64,000 nt of DNA, taken from positions 1,825 to 65,824 of the forward strand of contig CAWERV010000002.1 of assembly GCA_963811425.1 (NCBI GenBank), in the 5' to 3' direction. This document shows positions 41,021 through 49,693 of the stretch, piece after piece. Source of the DNA: an uncultured Acidobacteriota bacterium (GTDB lineage Bacteria; Acidobacteriota; Thermoanaerobaculia; UBA5066; Gp7-AA6). How positions within the stretch are numbered: the stretch's first letter is position 1; each line of letters begins with the position of its first letter. The position numbers and the translations under genes are program-made. The notes beneath the pieces were generated by a model. The model was not told the DNA's origin and did no database searches. It saw nothing but the letters and a program-made list of their open reading frames with translations.

Positions 41021-41026
41021 TATAAT
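41021..41026 (+). promoter_or_regulatory. consensus -10 hexamer TATAAT 6 nt upstream of the VWA gene GTG (leaderless-type arrangement)
   Basis: TATAAT at 41021-41026 and GTG at 41033. There is no Shine-Dalgarno sequence between them. The -35 region (CTCCCG) is poor. Confidence 0.4.
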
Positions 41027-41032
41027 TTATGG

Positions 41033-41965
41033 GTGAGACGCTTCCTTTTCCTCCCGCTGGTCCTCGTTGCGGCGGTCACCGCCGCCCAGAAGCCGGAGGA
41101 GCCGCCCACCTACAGCGACAGCGCCGGGGCCGAGTACGTGATGTTGCCCGTGGTGGTGACCGACAAGGGCGGCAAGTTCGCCGACGGCTTGCGCAAGGAA
41201 GACTTCGTCCTGCACGTGGGCAATTCCCGGGTCGACTTCGACACCTTCGAGCGGGACGAGAGCGCCCCCGTGTCCTTCGCCTTCCTGCTCGATACTTCGG
41301 GGAGCATGGGGATCGCGAACAAGCTCGAGAACGCAAAAAACGCCATCCGCGCGATCATCCGCGGACGCCGGCCAGGAGACGATTTCGCGCTGTTCGCGTT
41401 CTCCGAGGGAGAGGTGCGCGTCGTGGCCGACTTCTCGCCGGACCCGACGAAGTTGAACCGCGCCCTGTGGGACCTCGAGGCTTCGGGCCAGACGGCACTC
41501 TTCGACGCCGTCGCCGCGACGCCGGAACGGATGATGAAGGGGCGCAACAACAAACGCGCCATCCTGCTCTTCACCGACGGGGTCGACAACGCGAGCACGC
41601 TCTCGCCGGTCCAGATGGCCGAGATCCTGCAGCACGTCTCGGTTCCCGTCTACCCGATCGGGATGAAGAACGCCGGATTCGACACCCTGACGGAAACCGA
41701 GCGGCGCGAGCTCTCGATCGACAACCTGCAGCTCCTGGCGAGTTCGAGCGGGGGAAAGCTTCACCTGGTGACGGGGGACGAGGACCTGCGGCCCCTGGTG
41801 GCCCGAATCGGAAGCGAGGTCCGAGAGCAGTATTTGCTGGGATTTGCACCCTCCGGCAGGGGGGATATACAATACCGGGTTGTATTTGTGTCCGTAGCCA
41901 AACCCGGTTCCTGGGTCGTGCGGACGCGCCGAGGATACCGAGGTACGGCTCCGGGCGGATCGTAA
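41033..41965 (+). CDS. VWA domain protein, VWFA-related acidobacterial type (TIGR03436-like)
   Basis: Track ORF 40973..41965, with start at GTG 41033 (RRFLFLPLVLVAAVTAAQ signal). VVVTDKGGKFADGLRKEDFVLHVGN, MIDAS-like DTSGSM, FTDGVDNAS, and C-terminal YLLGFAP...RTRRGY. Confidence 0.85.
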   Translation: MRRFLFLPLVLVAAVTAAQKPEEPPTYSDSAGAEYVMLPVVVTDKGGKFADGLRKEDFVLHVGNSRVDFDTFERDESAPVSFAFLLDTSGSMGIANKLENAKNAIRAIIRGRRPGDDFALFAFSEGEVRVVADFSPDPTKLNRALWDLEASGQTALFDAVAATPERMMKGRNNKRAILLFTDGVDNASTLSPVQMAEILQHVSVPVYPIGMKNAGFDTLTETERRELSIDNLQLLASSSGGKLHLVTGDEDLRPLVARIGSEVREQYLLGFAPSGRGDIQYRVVFVSVAKPGSWVVRTRRGYRGTAPGGS

Positions 41966-41981
41966 ACTTTTTTCGCAGGAG

Positions 41982-42617
41982 GTGCAGATGCACACAGGTC
42001 GCAGGGTTTCTTTCATTCTGTCGGGTGGGGCGCTCCTTTTGGGCACTTTCGGGCTGACGGCGTGCGCTTCGAAGAAGTACGTCGGCGAGGAAGTCTCCAA
42101 AAGCAGCGCGGTCACCGAGAAGCGGATCAACGACGTCGAATCCCAGGTCGAGGCCACGCAGACCAAGGTCAAGCAGCACGACGTGAAGCTGGCCGAGCTC
42201 GACAATGCGACGCGCCAGGCCCTCGAGCGGGCGCAGCAGGCGGGCAAGCTGGCCGAGGGCAAGTTCGTCTACTCGTTGGTTCTCTCGGATGACGCGGCGA
42301 AGTTCCCGGTCAACCAGCACGAGCTCTCGAAGGAGGCTCAGGACGCCCTCAACGCGTTCGCCGAGCGCCTCAAGGGCGAGAACAAGAACGTGTACCTGGA
42401 GATCCAGGGGCACACGGATGCGACGGGATCCGATGCGTACAACCTCAAGCTCGGCGAGGCCCGGGCCGAGGCCGTGCGGCGCTACCTGAACAAGCAGGGC
42501 GTCGCGCTGAATCGGATGTCCACGATCTCCTACGGCAGTGCGGAGCCGGTCGAGTCGAACAAGACCAAGGAAGGCCGGGCCAAGAACCGGCGTGTGGTCG
42601 TGGTCGTCCTCGCATAG
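41982..42617 (+). CDS. OmpA-family lipoprotein with coiled-coil spacer
   Basis: 211-aa track ORF. Lipobox LGTFGLTAC, a coiled-coil segment, and an OmpA-like C-terminal domain (GHTDATGSDAYNLKLGEARAEAVRRYL...NRRVVVVV). AGGAGG RBS. Confidence 0.88.
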   Translation: MQMHTGRRVSFILSGGALLLGTFGLTACASKKYVGEEVSKSSAVTEKRINDVESQVEATQTKVKQHDVKLAELDNATRQALERAQQAGKLAEGKFVYSLVLSDDAAKFPVNQHELSKEAQDALNAFAERLKGENKNVYLEIQGHTDATGSDAYNLKLGEARAEAVRRYLNKQGVALNRMSTISYGSAEPVESNKTKEGRAKNRRVVVVVLA

Positions 42618-42625
42618 CTCCGATA

Positions 42626-43522
42626 TCAACGGTCCGGATTGCGGCCCGGCTTTGCCGGGCCGTTTTTTTTGCGGGCTCGGAGAGTGGCGAGAACCGCCGC
42701 GAAGTCTGCGGGCAGCGGTGACTCGACGGAGACCGGCTCTCCGGTCGCCGGGTGGGCGAAGCCGAGGCGGCGGGCGTGGAGCATCTGCCGGGGTGCCTGC
42801 AGACGCGATCCGGGGGAGCCGTAGACGCGGTCGCCGAGGACGGGGTAGCCGGCCGCCGAGAAGTGCACGCGGATCTGGTGCGTGCGGCCGGTCTCGGGCC
42901 GGATCGACACGAGCGCGATGCCCGCGAAGCGCTCGAGCGTGCGATATCCGGTCACGGCGGTGCGGCCCCTCTGGCCCTGGCGAGCCACGCTGCGGCGAAG
43001 GCCGGGTTCGCGCACGAGCTCCGCGTCGAAGGCGCCGCGGTCCGGAGGGGCCCCTTCGACGAGCGCGACGTACTCGCGGTCGATCGCGTGCGTGCGGAAG
43101 CGGTCCTGCAGGGCGTGGAGCGCGGCGCGGCCGCGCGCGAAAACGAGAGCGCCCGAGGTGTCCTTGTCGAGCCGATGGACGATCCCCGCATGCGGTCGTC
43201 CGCCGTAGCGATGCTGCAGATAGTGCAGGGCGCGGCTCCACAGCGTGTCCTTCTCCCGGGCTTCCGTCGGCACCGTGAGCAGGCCCGCAGGCTTGTCGAC
43301 GACGAGCACGCTGTCGTCTTCGTACAGAACGGCGAGCCGGGTCCGGACGTGGCGCCGGCGCGGCCGATTGGCATGGAGCTCGAGGCGGGCACCCGGCGGC
43401 ATTTCGGCTCCCGGCTCGTCCAGCGTCTGGCCGTCGACGTCGACCCTGCCGGAGCGCACGGCCTCGCGGGCGGCACGCCGCGAGAGGCCCAGCTGCTGAG
43501 CGACGGCCAGGTCGAGCCTCAA
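42626..43522 (-). CDS. RluA-family pseudouridine synthase (RluD-like, S4 domain N-terminal)
   Basis: 298-aa track ORF. The TTG start overlaps the upstream stop (TTGA). S4-like RLDLAVAQQLGLSRRAAREAV. Catalytic motif HRLDKDTSG. RTHQIRVH. Confidence 0.88.
   Translation of the reverse strand: MRLDLAVAQQLGLSRRAAREAVRSGRVDVDGQTLDEPGAEMPPGARLELHANRPRRRHVRTRLAVLYEDDSVLVVDKPAGLLTVPTEAREKDTLWSRALHYLQHRYGGRPHAGIVHRLDKDTSGALVFARGRAALHALQDRFRTHAIDREYVALVEGAPPDRGAFDAELVREPGLRRSVARQGQRGRTAVTGYRTLERFAGIALVSIRPETGRTHQIRVHFSAAGYPVLGDRVYGSPGSRLQAPRQMLHARRLGFAHPATGEPVSVESPLPADFAAVLATLRARKKNGPAKPGRNPDR
42641..42670 (+). terminator. Rho-independent terminator (GC hairpin plus T8)
   Basis: CGGCCCGGC-TTT-GCCGGGCCG followed by TTTTTTTT (42663-42670), 24 nt after the ompA-like stop. 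It lies inside the last codons of the convergent pseudouridine synthase ORF. Confidence 0.85.
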
Positions 43523-45294
43523 GGGGATGGCTCCGAGCGCGGTGCAGCCGGCCTGGCGATCTCGACGAAGAAGGCCGGGTCGCCGATCCGCGCGGCCGGC
43601 GTCATACCCTGTCCGAAAATCGCGGTGATGGTGTAGCGCGATCGGGCCGCGGCGTCGAGCTCGCGCAGGTAGTCCAGGCCGAACACGCGAGCGCCTTCAC
43701 CCACGGCGAGGACGTTGGCGAAGAGCAGGGCGTCGGGCGGACGGGTGTCGAGGAGCGCGATCGCGCGCGCCTCGCCTGCGCGATCGAGGTGGCCGGGAAA
43801 GAACTGCTCGAGCCAGAACGGGTTTCTGTAGCCGAGGACGTAGTTGAAGAATCCGGCCTCCGGAAAGCCGGCGAGGGTGGAGCCTGGCGGCAGACGCTCG
43901 AGTTCCGCCAGAGCCGCTGCGGTCGGTCCCGCGACGGCTTCGGGCAGCCAGAGGCTTCCCGCGGGAGTGGCGACCAGGGACCAGGGTCTGACGCGATACG
44001 ACCCGCCCAGCTCCAGGACGCGAAACGCGAGGAAGATGGAAAGGGCCGCGGTGGTCAGGCGCGGCAGCGCAGCTCCGACGGCCGGAGCGGCACGATCCGC
44101 CGCGGAAAAGATCGCCGCCACGGCGAGCACGATCGGGAGGGGGAGGAAGAACGCGTCGTAGGGGCCGACGTAGCCGGCAGCGAGCAGGAGACGCGCGGAA
44201 AACAGTCCCCCGATCCATATGGCGACGTCCGGCGCCGCGGCGAGCCGTGCCGTGGGGGTTCGGCCGCGGAGAGACTCGAGAAGGCGAAGGGCCGCGGCGG
44301 CCAGCAGGCCGACCGGGATGACGCGGACCAATGGAGGAAAGAGTGCGAGCGTGTCGGCCACCGACGGCGGCGGCCGCAGGCGGATCAGGGCCATGCCCCC
44401 GAGAATCAGGACGGCAACGATCCCGGCAGCGCGGGCCGGGACGGCCCGGCCTGCCGCCGACAGTCGGGAGGCGATCCAGGCGGCGCAGGTGACGAGCGCT
44501 GCGGTCAGGGCGAGGACGATGGCCGCGATTGCCAGCTCTGCCGAGCGCAGCCCGATGCGATCCAGGCCCGCGTAGGCCCGATACACGTTTCGGAAGGCAA
44601 TCGGAGGATCGAGCATGCGGAGCCATCCGTCCGCCTCGAGCTGGGCGAGCCCGATTCCGGTGGAGAGGATCGCGTATCCGACCGCGGCGCCCGAAAGGGG
44701 GGCGAGGGCGAGCGGTACGAGTCGTCGCGGCTGCCGCCGGGCCCAGAGCGCGAAGAGAACCAGCGAGGCCAGTCCGAGCTCCGGGCGCGCGAGCAGCGCG
44801 GCGAGCAGGCAGGCTCCGGCAGCTGCGTCGTTTCGAAAGCCCCGCTCGGGTGTGGCGAGGACGAGCGCCCAGGTCAGGGCGGCGACCGCGATGCTCGTGT
44901 CGAAGCTGAACGGAAAGAGCCAGCCCCCCGGGCGCAGGAAGACGGCGGCAGCCACCGCGATCGACGTCGCTAGCCCCGCGCGCCACGGAGACAAGAGGCG
45001 CCGGGAAAGGCGCGAGAGCCCCCCGAGATGAGCGAGCGTCACCAGGGCGTAGAGCGCCGTTCGGATCGGAAGCGAGCGTCCCGCGAAGCCATCGGCGGCC
45101 GCGGCCAGGAACGGGCCGAGCGGCCCATGATGGAAGTGCACGTCGCGGTAGAGCCGCTCTCCGTTCAGCAGCCGCCAGGGCACCATCAGCTCGCGCCCGG
45201 TGTCGACGTAGGGCTCGATCCAGCGATTCCAGGAAATTGCCGCGAGCAAGAGAAATACGCCGTAGGGGAGAAGCGCGGGCAGAGACTTCTTCAC
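43519..45294 (-). CDS. polytopic membrane protein (GT-C/ArnT-like shape, function unknown)
   Basis: 591-aa track ORF with more than 10 hydrophobic helices and a soluble ~170-aa C-terminal region. I recognised no diagnostic motif. Confidence 0.6.
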   Translation of the reverse strand: MKKSLPALLPYGVFLLLAAISWNRWIEPYVDTGRELMVPWRLLNGERLYRDVHFHHGPLGPFLAAAADGFAGRSLPIRTALYALVTLAHLGGLSRLSRRLLSPWRAGLATSIAVAAAVFLRPGGWLFPFSFDTSIAVAALTWALVLATPERGFRNDAAAGACLLAALLARPELGLASLVLFALWARRQPRRLVPLALAPLSGAAVGYAILSTGIGLAQLEADGWLRMLDPPIAFRNVYRAYAGLDRIGLRSAELAIAAIVLALTAALVTCAAWIASRLSAAGRAVPARAAGIVAVLILGGMALIRLRPPPSVADTLALFPPLVRVIPVGLLAAAALRLLESLRGRTPTARLAAAPDVAIWIGGLFSARLLLAAGYVGPYDAFFLPLPIVLAVAAIFSAADRAAPAVGAALPRLTTAALSIFLAFRVLELGGSYRVRPWSLVATPAGSLWLPEAVAGPTAAALAELERLPPGSTLAGFPEAGFFNYVLGYRNPFWLEQFFPGHLDRAGEARAIALLDTRPPDALLFANVLAVGEGARVFGLDYLRELDAAARSRYTITAIFGQGMTPAARIGDPAFFVEIARPAAPRSEPSP

Positions 45295-45334
45295 GGATGT
45301 CCCGATTGCATGCGTGTCGCTCGCGATCTCCGAG

Positions 45335-45362
45335 TCCGAAATCCGAAATCCGAAATCCGAAT
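45335..45362. repeat. heptamer microsatellite (TCCGAAA)x4
   Basis: TCCGAAA TCCGAAA TCCGAAA TCCGAAT, in the divergent intergenic region between 45294 (- gene start) and 45393 (+ gene start). Confidence 0.9.
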
Positions 45363-45392
45363 TCTTCTAGGATACCTCCCGTGCAGGAGAAG

Positions 45393-46322
45393 ATGGCGAC
45401 GCGCAACCCGGCCGCCCGCGCGCTCGCCTCGGCCTCGTCCCGGCTCTGGTTCCCGGCCACCCTGGCCTGCGCGCGCTCCCTTCCCCGGCGCTGGATGAAT
45501 CGCGGCGGACGTGCGCTCGCCGCCGTCTACTACCGCCTGCGTCCGAAGTATCTCCGGGCGGCGCGGTCGAACCTCGCGGTCATCCTGGCAGCGCCCGAGG
45601 ACTCTCCCGCGGTCCGCCGCGGCGCCCTCGAGATGGTGGCCTCCCACTTCGAGGCCTGGGTGGATTTTCTGCACTTCGCGACGCGGCCGGCGCAGGAAGC
45701 CGCGCAATTGATCGAGGGCGTGGTCGGCTATTCCCGAATTGTCGAGGCCCGGCTCGCCGGAAAGGGCGTCGTGCTGCTGACGGCACACCTCGGCAACTGG
45801 GAAATCGGCGGCCTCATGCTCGCGCGGATCAAGGACCCGATCCATGTCGTTCTCGTGCCCGACATCTTCCCGGGGGTCGAGCGCGAGCGGCGGCGACTCC
45901 ACGCCCTGTCCGGTGTCACGGAGATCCGGGTCGATCGGAGCATCGCGCCGACGCTGGCCGTCCTGCGCGCCCTCGGCCGGAACGAGATCGTCGCCATGCA
46001 GGGCGACCGCGACTTCGACAACACGGGCGTCGCCGCGACTTTCTTCGGCCGGGAGGCGTTCTTTCCGCGCGGCCCTTTCCGCGTGGCGATGGCCTCGGGC
46101 GCCGCGCTCTTGCCGGCGTTCATCGTCCGCCTGCCGGACGGGCGCTATCGTGCCATCGTCGAGCAGGCCGTTCGCGTCGAGACCGCCGGCGATCGCGACG
46201 CGGCGCTACGCCGCAACATCGAGCGTTACGTGGCACTGCTCGAGCGCTATGTGCGCGAGTATCCGCATCAGTGGTACTGCTTCTATCCGTTTTGGGACGA
46301 CCCGTCGCGGAAGGAAAAGTGA
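45393..46322 (+). CDS. lysophospholipid/lipid A acyltransferase family protein (LpxL/HtrB-like)
   Basis: Track ORF 45237..46322, trimmed to ATG 45393 (GGAG upstream). HLGNWE (HX4E acyltransferase motif), MQGDRD, and C-terminal YPHQWYCFYPFW. Confidence 0.8.
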   Translation: MATRNPAARALASASSRLWFPATLACARSLPRRWMNRGGRALAAVYYRLRPKYLRAARSNLAVILAAPEDSPAVRRGALEMVASHFEAWVDFLHFATRPAQEAAQLIEGVVGYSRIVEARLAGKGVVLLTAHLGNWEIGGLMLARIKDPIHVVLVPDIFPGVERERRRLHALSGVTEIRVDRSIAPTLAVLRALGRNEIVAMQGDRDFDNTGVAATFFGREAFFPRGPFRVAMASGAALLPAFIVRLPDGRYRAIVEQAVRVETAGDRDAALRRNIERYVALLERYVREYPHQWYCFYPFWDDPSRKEK

Positions 46323-46338
46323 TCGCCCGGTACGTCCA

Positions 46339-47526
46339 CTAATTCAGGGGCCGGCGCGCCGAGACGGCCGCTACGAAAAACGAGTCGTAATGCTTCGCCA
46401 GCTCTTCGACGTCCGGCAGGATCTCCGGCCGCTCGAAGCCCGCCGCGAGGAAGGCGGCGCGCCAGTTCTCCGGCGTGAGGAAGCCGTGATTGGGCCGGGT
46501 CGCGGCGTCGGTCGCGACCGACGTGAAGTTCTCGAGGAAGTTGAAGACGAATTCGACGTAGACGGGCTGGCCCGGGAACGGGCGCACGCACTCGGAAAGG
46601 ACGGCCACTCCGCCCGGCTTGAGCGCCTCGCGGATGCGGGCGAGCGTGGCGCCGAGGTCTCGCGCGATGTGGACGGTGTTGACGGCGTAGACGACGTCGG
46701 CTGCCGCGGGCGGGATCCCCTGCTCCGCGAAGTCCGCATTCATGTCGAGCCTGGCAAACTCGAGCGGCAGCTCCGGAAACCGGATGCGCAGCGAGCGTTC
46801 GGCGCGCCGCAGGAAGGTTGGCACGATCTCGGTGAACACGTAGCGCCCGATGCGCCCGAGCGCCGCGTCGCGCGCAAGACGCTCGCCGAGAGCGATCGCC
46901 GCCGAGCCGGAGCCCCCCCCGATCTCGACGACGGTGGCGGCGCGTGTCGCGGGCAGCGCGCGGACGACGGCCTCGGCGCCGAGCCGATTGTTGATCTGGT
47001 AGAGAAGGTTTTCGTTGGAGAAGTAGTCGAACCAGAGAGGCAGCCGTCCGGGCGCGAGCAGGATGTCCTCGCCGGTTCGCTCGCCGCGCAGGAACTCCGG
47101 TACGTGCTCGACCATGGCCCGGACGACGGCGAATGAAGGCAGCGACTGCGGGTCCAGGCCCCGTGCCATCGCCTCCGCGCGATCCGGGTCTCCCGGGGGG
47201 AGCACACCGCGGGCGCGATAGACGCCGTCATCGGCGGGACCCGACCGGTCGAGGTAGCCGGCGGCGGAGAGCTTCTCGAAGAACCAGCGGAGGGGGAGCT
47301 CGGCGCGCGGCGCGAACGCCCGCGAGCGGACGACTTCGCGTGCCGAGGCTCCGAGCGCGAGATCCCGGTCGAGGCCGAGGCCGTGGACGAGGCGCAGAAC
47401 GGAATCGGTGGTGAAGCGGTCGAAGTACTCGGCGCAGAGAATGAATTCCCGGGAGAAGAGCACGCGAATCGCGGGGTCCGGGATCCGCGCGAGCAGCGTC
47501 TCGAGGTCCTCGGTCCGCTCTGTCAC
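46339..47526 (-). CDS. class I SAM-dependent methyltransferase with N-terminal helical domain
   Basis: Track ORF 46339..47694, with start at GTG 47526 (VTERTEDLETLLARI). Motif I VVEIGGGSGSAAIAL. ADVVYAVNTVHIA. LKPGGVAVL. Confidence 0.75.
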   Translation of the reverse strand: MTERTEDLETLLARIPDPAIRVLFSREFILCAEYFDRFTTDSVLRLVHGLGLDRDLALGASAREVVRSRAFAPRAELPLRWFFEKLSAAGYLDRSGPADDGVYRARGVLPPGDPDRAEAMARGLDPQSLPSFAVVRAMVEHVPEFLRGERTGEDILLAPGRLPLWFDYFSNENLLYQINNRLGAEAVVRALPATRAATVVEIGGGSGSAAIALGERLARDAALGRIGRYVFTEIVPTFLRRAERSLRIRFPELPLEFARLDMNADFAEQGIPPAAADVVYAVNTVHIARDLGATLARIREALKPGGVAVLSECVRPFPGQPVYVEFVFNFLENFTSVATDAATRPNHGFLTPENWRAAFLAAGFERPEILPDVEELAKHYDSFFVAAVSARRPLN

Positions 47527-47578
47527 GAGGGCGGATTGTAGTGCCGGGCGGCGGCAGGCTACACTGTGGCGTCGCCGC

Positions 47579-49693
47579 ATGAAGCCTGTCCTCGCCGCGC
47601 TGGCCGCGCTCGTTCTGCTCGCTGCGCCTCTTGCGGCCGCGAAGGCTCCAGGCCGGGTCGTGATCCTCGGATTCGACGGCGTGGACGCGCACATCGTCGA
47701 AGAGATGCTCGGGCGGGGAGAACTGCCGAGCCTCGCCGCACTGCGCCAGCGCGGGGGCTATTCGCCGCTGACCCCGACGGTGCCCGCGCAAACCCCCGTC
47801 TCCTGGGCGACCTTCTCGACGGGGCTCGATCCGGGCGGGCATCAGATCTTCGACTTCCTGAAGCGCGATCCCGCCAACCGCATCCCGACGTTCGCGGTGG
47901 CCGAGGAGATCCAGGCGCCGTTTCTCTTCGGCAGCCGGAACCCCGGCGTATTCGGGGCCGCGGCCGTCGCGCTGCTGCTGGTGCCCGCACTGTTTCTCCT
48001 GCGCCGCCGCCGGCGCGTGGCCGCCGCCATCTTCGGGCTGCTGGCGATCGGCGCGGGCTTCGGGGCCTTCCAGGCGGCGAAGGCGTGGCTTCCGTCGGCG
48101 CGACCCTGGGTCCGAAACAACCGCCGCGGCCCCGTGTTCTGGGCCGCGGCGGGAGCGCGGCCGGCGACCGTCGTCCGCATGCCCGTGACGTTTCCGCCCG
48201 AGGCGTTCGACGGAGGGCGGATGCTGTCGGGACTGGGCGTGCCGGACCTGTCGGGCCGCATCGGAAAGCCCGGCTACTACACGTCGGATCCCTTCTTTGC
48301 TCCGCGCGAGGGAAACGATTTCTCGGTCGAGATCACGCGGCTCGAGTCCAACGTCGGCAGCCAGACGACCCGGATCGCCGGCCCTCCGGGGCGAGCGTTC
48401 GGCCGCGAGGGGACGATCGACGTGCCGATGACCCTCACGGTTCCGGAAACGCGAGATCGCCTGATCGTCGCCGCGGGCGACGCCCGCGTCGAGCTGGCGC
48501 CCGGGCAGTGGAGCGACTGGATCTCCCTGGTGTTCCGGGTCAATCCCTTGATCGCGATTCACGGGTACGCGAAGCTTCGCCTGCTGACGGTCGCGCCGGA
48601 GATCGCGCTCTACCTGTCTCCGATCCAGTTCGATCCCAAGCACCTGCCCCCCGGGTTTGCGATCTCCTCGCCGGGTGGTTTCGCGGCCGAGCTCGTCGAT
48701 CGGTTCGGCCGATACAAGACGATGGGCTGGGGGATCGACACCTGGTCGATCCAGTCGGCCACGCTTTCCGAGGAGGCTTTCCTCGAGGACGTGCGGCAGA
48801 CCGCCAGCCAGGAGCGCAAGATGCTTCGGGGCCTGCTCGGCGGCGGCGAGAAGCTGCTCTTTCACTACTTCGAGTTTCCCGACCGCGTGGCGCACGTCTT
48901 CTGGCGGCTGCGCGACCCCGAGCACCCGGGCTACGACGGAAAGCTCGCGGCGAAGTACGGAGACGTGATCGAGAAGTCGTACCGGACCATGGACGAGATC
49001 GTCGGCGAAACGGCCAGGGCCCTCGGGCCCGATGACATCCTGATCGTTCTCTCCGACCACGGGTTCGCCACGTGGCGGCGCTCGGTCAACTACAACTCGT
49101 GGCTGGTCGAGAACGGGTATCTCACCCTGAAGGGCAACGCGAAGCGCCAGAATCTCGAGGCACTCTTCTCGCGAGGCCAGTTCTGGGAGGCCGTCGACTG
49201 GCCGCAGTCGAGGGCCTACGCCATGGGTCTGGGCGACATCTACGTCAATCTCCGAGGGCGCGAGGAGGGAGGCATCGTCGAGCCCGGCGCTGCCTACGAG
49301 GCCCTGCGCGCGGAGCTCATCACGAAGCTGACCGCGCTGACGGACCCGAAGAACGGGCAGCGGGCCGTGTCGCGCGTCTTCCGCCGTGAGGACGTGTACA
49401 GGCGCTTCGACCCGAGGCTGATTCCGGACCTGATTGTTGCGAATTTGCCCGGGTATCGGGTCTCCTGGCAGTCGTCCCTCGGCGTGCCGACCGGGTCGGT
49501 GTTCGAGGACAACCACGACGTCTGGAGCGGGGACCACTGCTCGCTCGATCCGGATCTCGTGCGGGGCGTGTTCTTCTCCTCGCGACCATTCCATGCCGAG
49601 CGTGTCCCGGGGATCGCGGACGTCACGGCGTCGGTGCGGGATCTGGTCGGCGGTCAGGCGGTGGAGGATGCGGCAGGGAAGTCTCTCTGGTGA
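47579..49693 (+). CDS. alkaline-phosphatase-superfamily type I phosphodiesterase/nucleotide pyrophosphatase-like protein
   Basis: Track ORF 47408..49693, trimmed to ATG 47579 (MKPVLAALAALVLLAAPLAAAKA signal). ILGFDGVDA, PAQTPVSWATFSTG (Thr nucleophile context), LSDHGF, GDHC. A two-helix hydrophobic insertion sits near aa 125-170. Confidence 0.75.
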   Translation: MKPVLAALAALVLLAAPLAAAKAPGRVVILGFDGVDAHIVEEMLGRGELPSLAALRQRGGYSPLTPTVPAQTPVSWATFSTGLDPGGHQIFDFLKRDPANRIPTFAVAEEIQAPFLFGSRNPGVFGAAAVALLLVPALFLLRRRRRVAAAIFGLLAIGAGFGAFQAAKAWLPSARPWVRNNRRGPVFWAAAGARPATVVRMPVTFPPEAFDGGRMLSGLGVPDLSGRIGKPGYYTSDPFFAPREGNDFSVEITRLESNVGSQTTRIAGPPGRAFGREGTIDVPMTLTVPETRDRLIVAAGDARVELAPGQWSDWISLVFRVNPLIAIHGYAKLRLLTVAPEIALYLSPIQFDPKHLPPGFAISSPGGFAAELVDRFGRYKTMGWGIDTWSIQSATLSEEAFLEDVRQTASQERKMLRGLLGGGEKLLFHYFEFPDRVAHVFWRLRDPEHPGYDGKLAAKYGDVIEKSYRTMDEIVGETARALGPDDILIVLSDHGFATWRRSVNYNSWLVENGYLTLKGNAKRQNLEALFSRGQFWEAVDWPQSRAYAMGLGDIYVNLRGREEGGIVEPGAAYEALRAELITKLTALTDPKNGQRAVSRVFRREDVYRRFDPRLIPDLIVANLPGYRVSWQSSLGVPTGSVFEDNHDVWSGDHCSLDPDLVRGVFFSSRPFHAERVPGIADVTASVRDLVGGQAVEDAAGKSLW

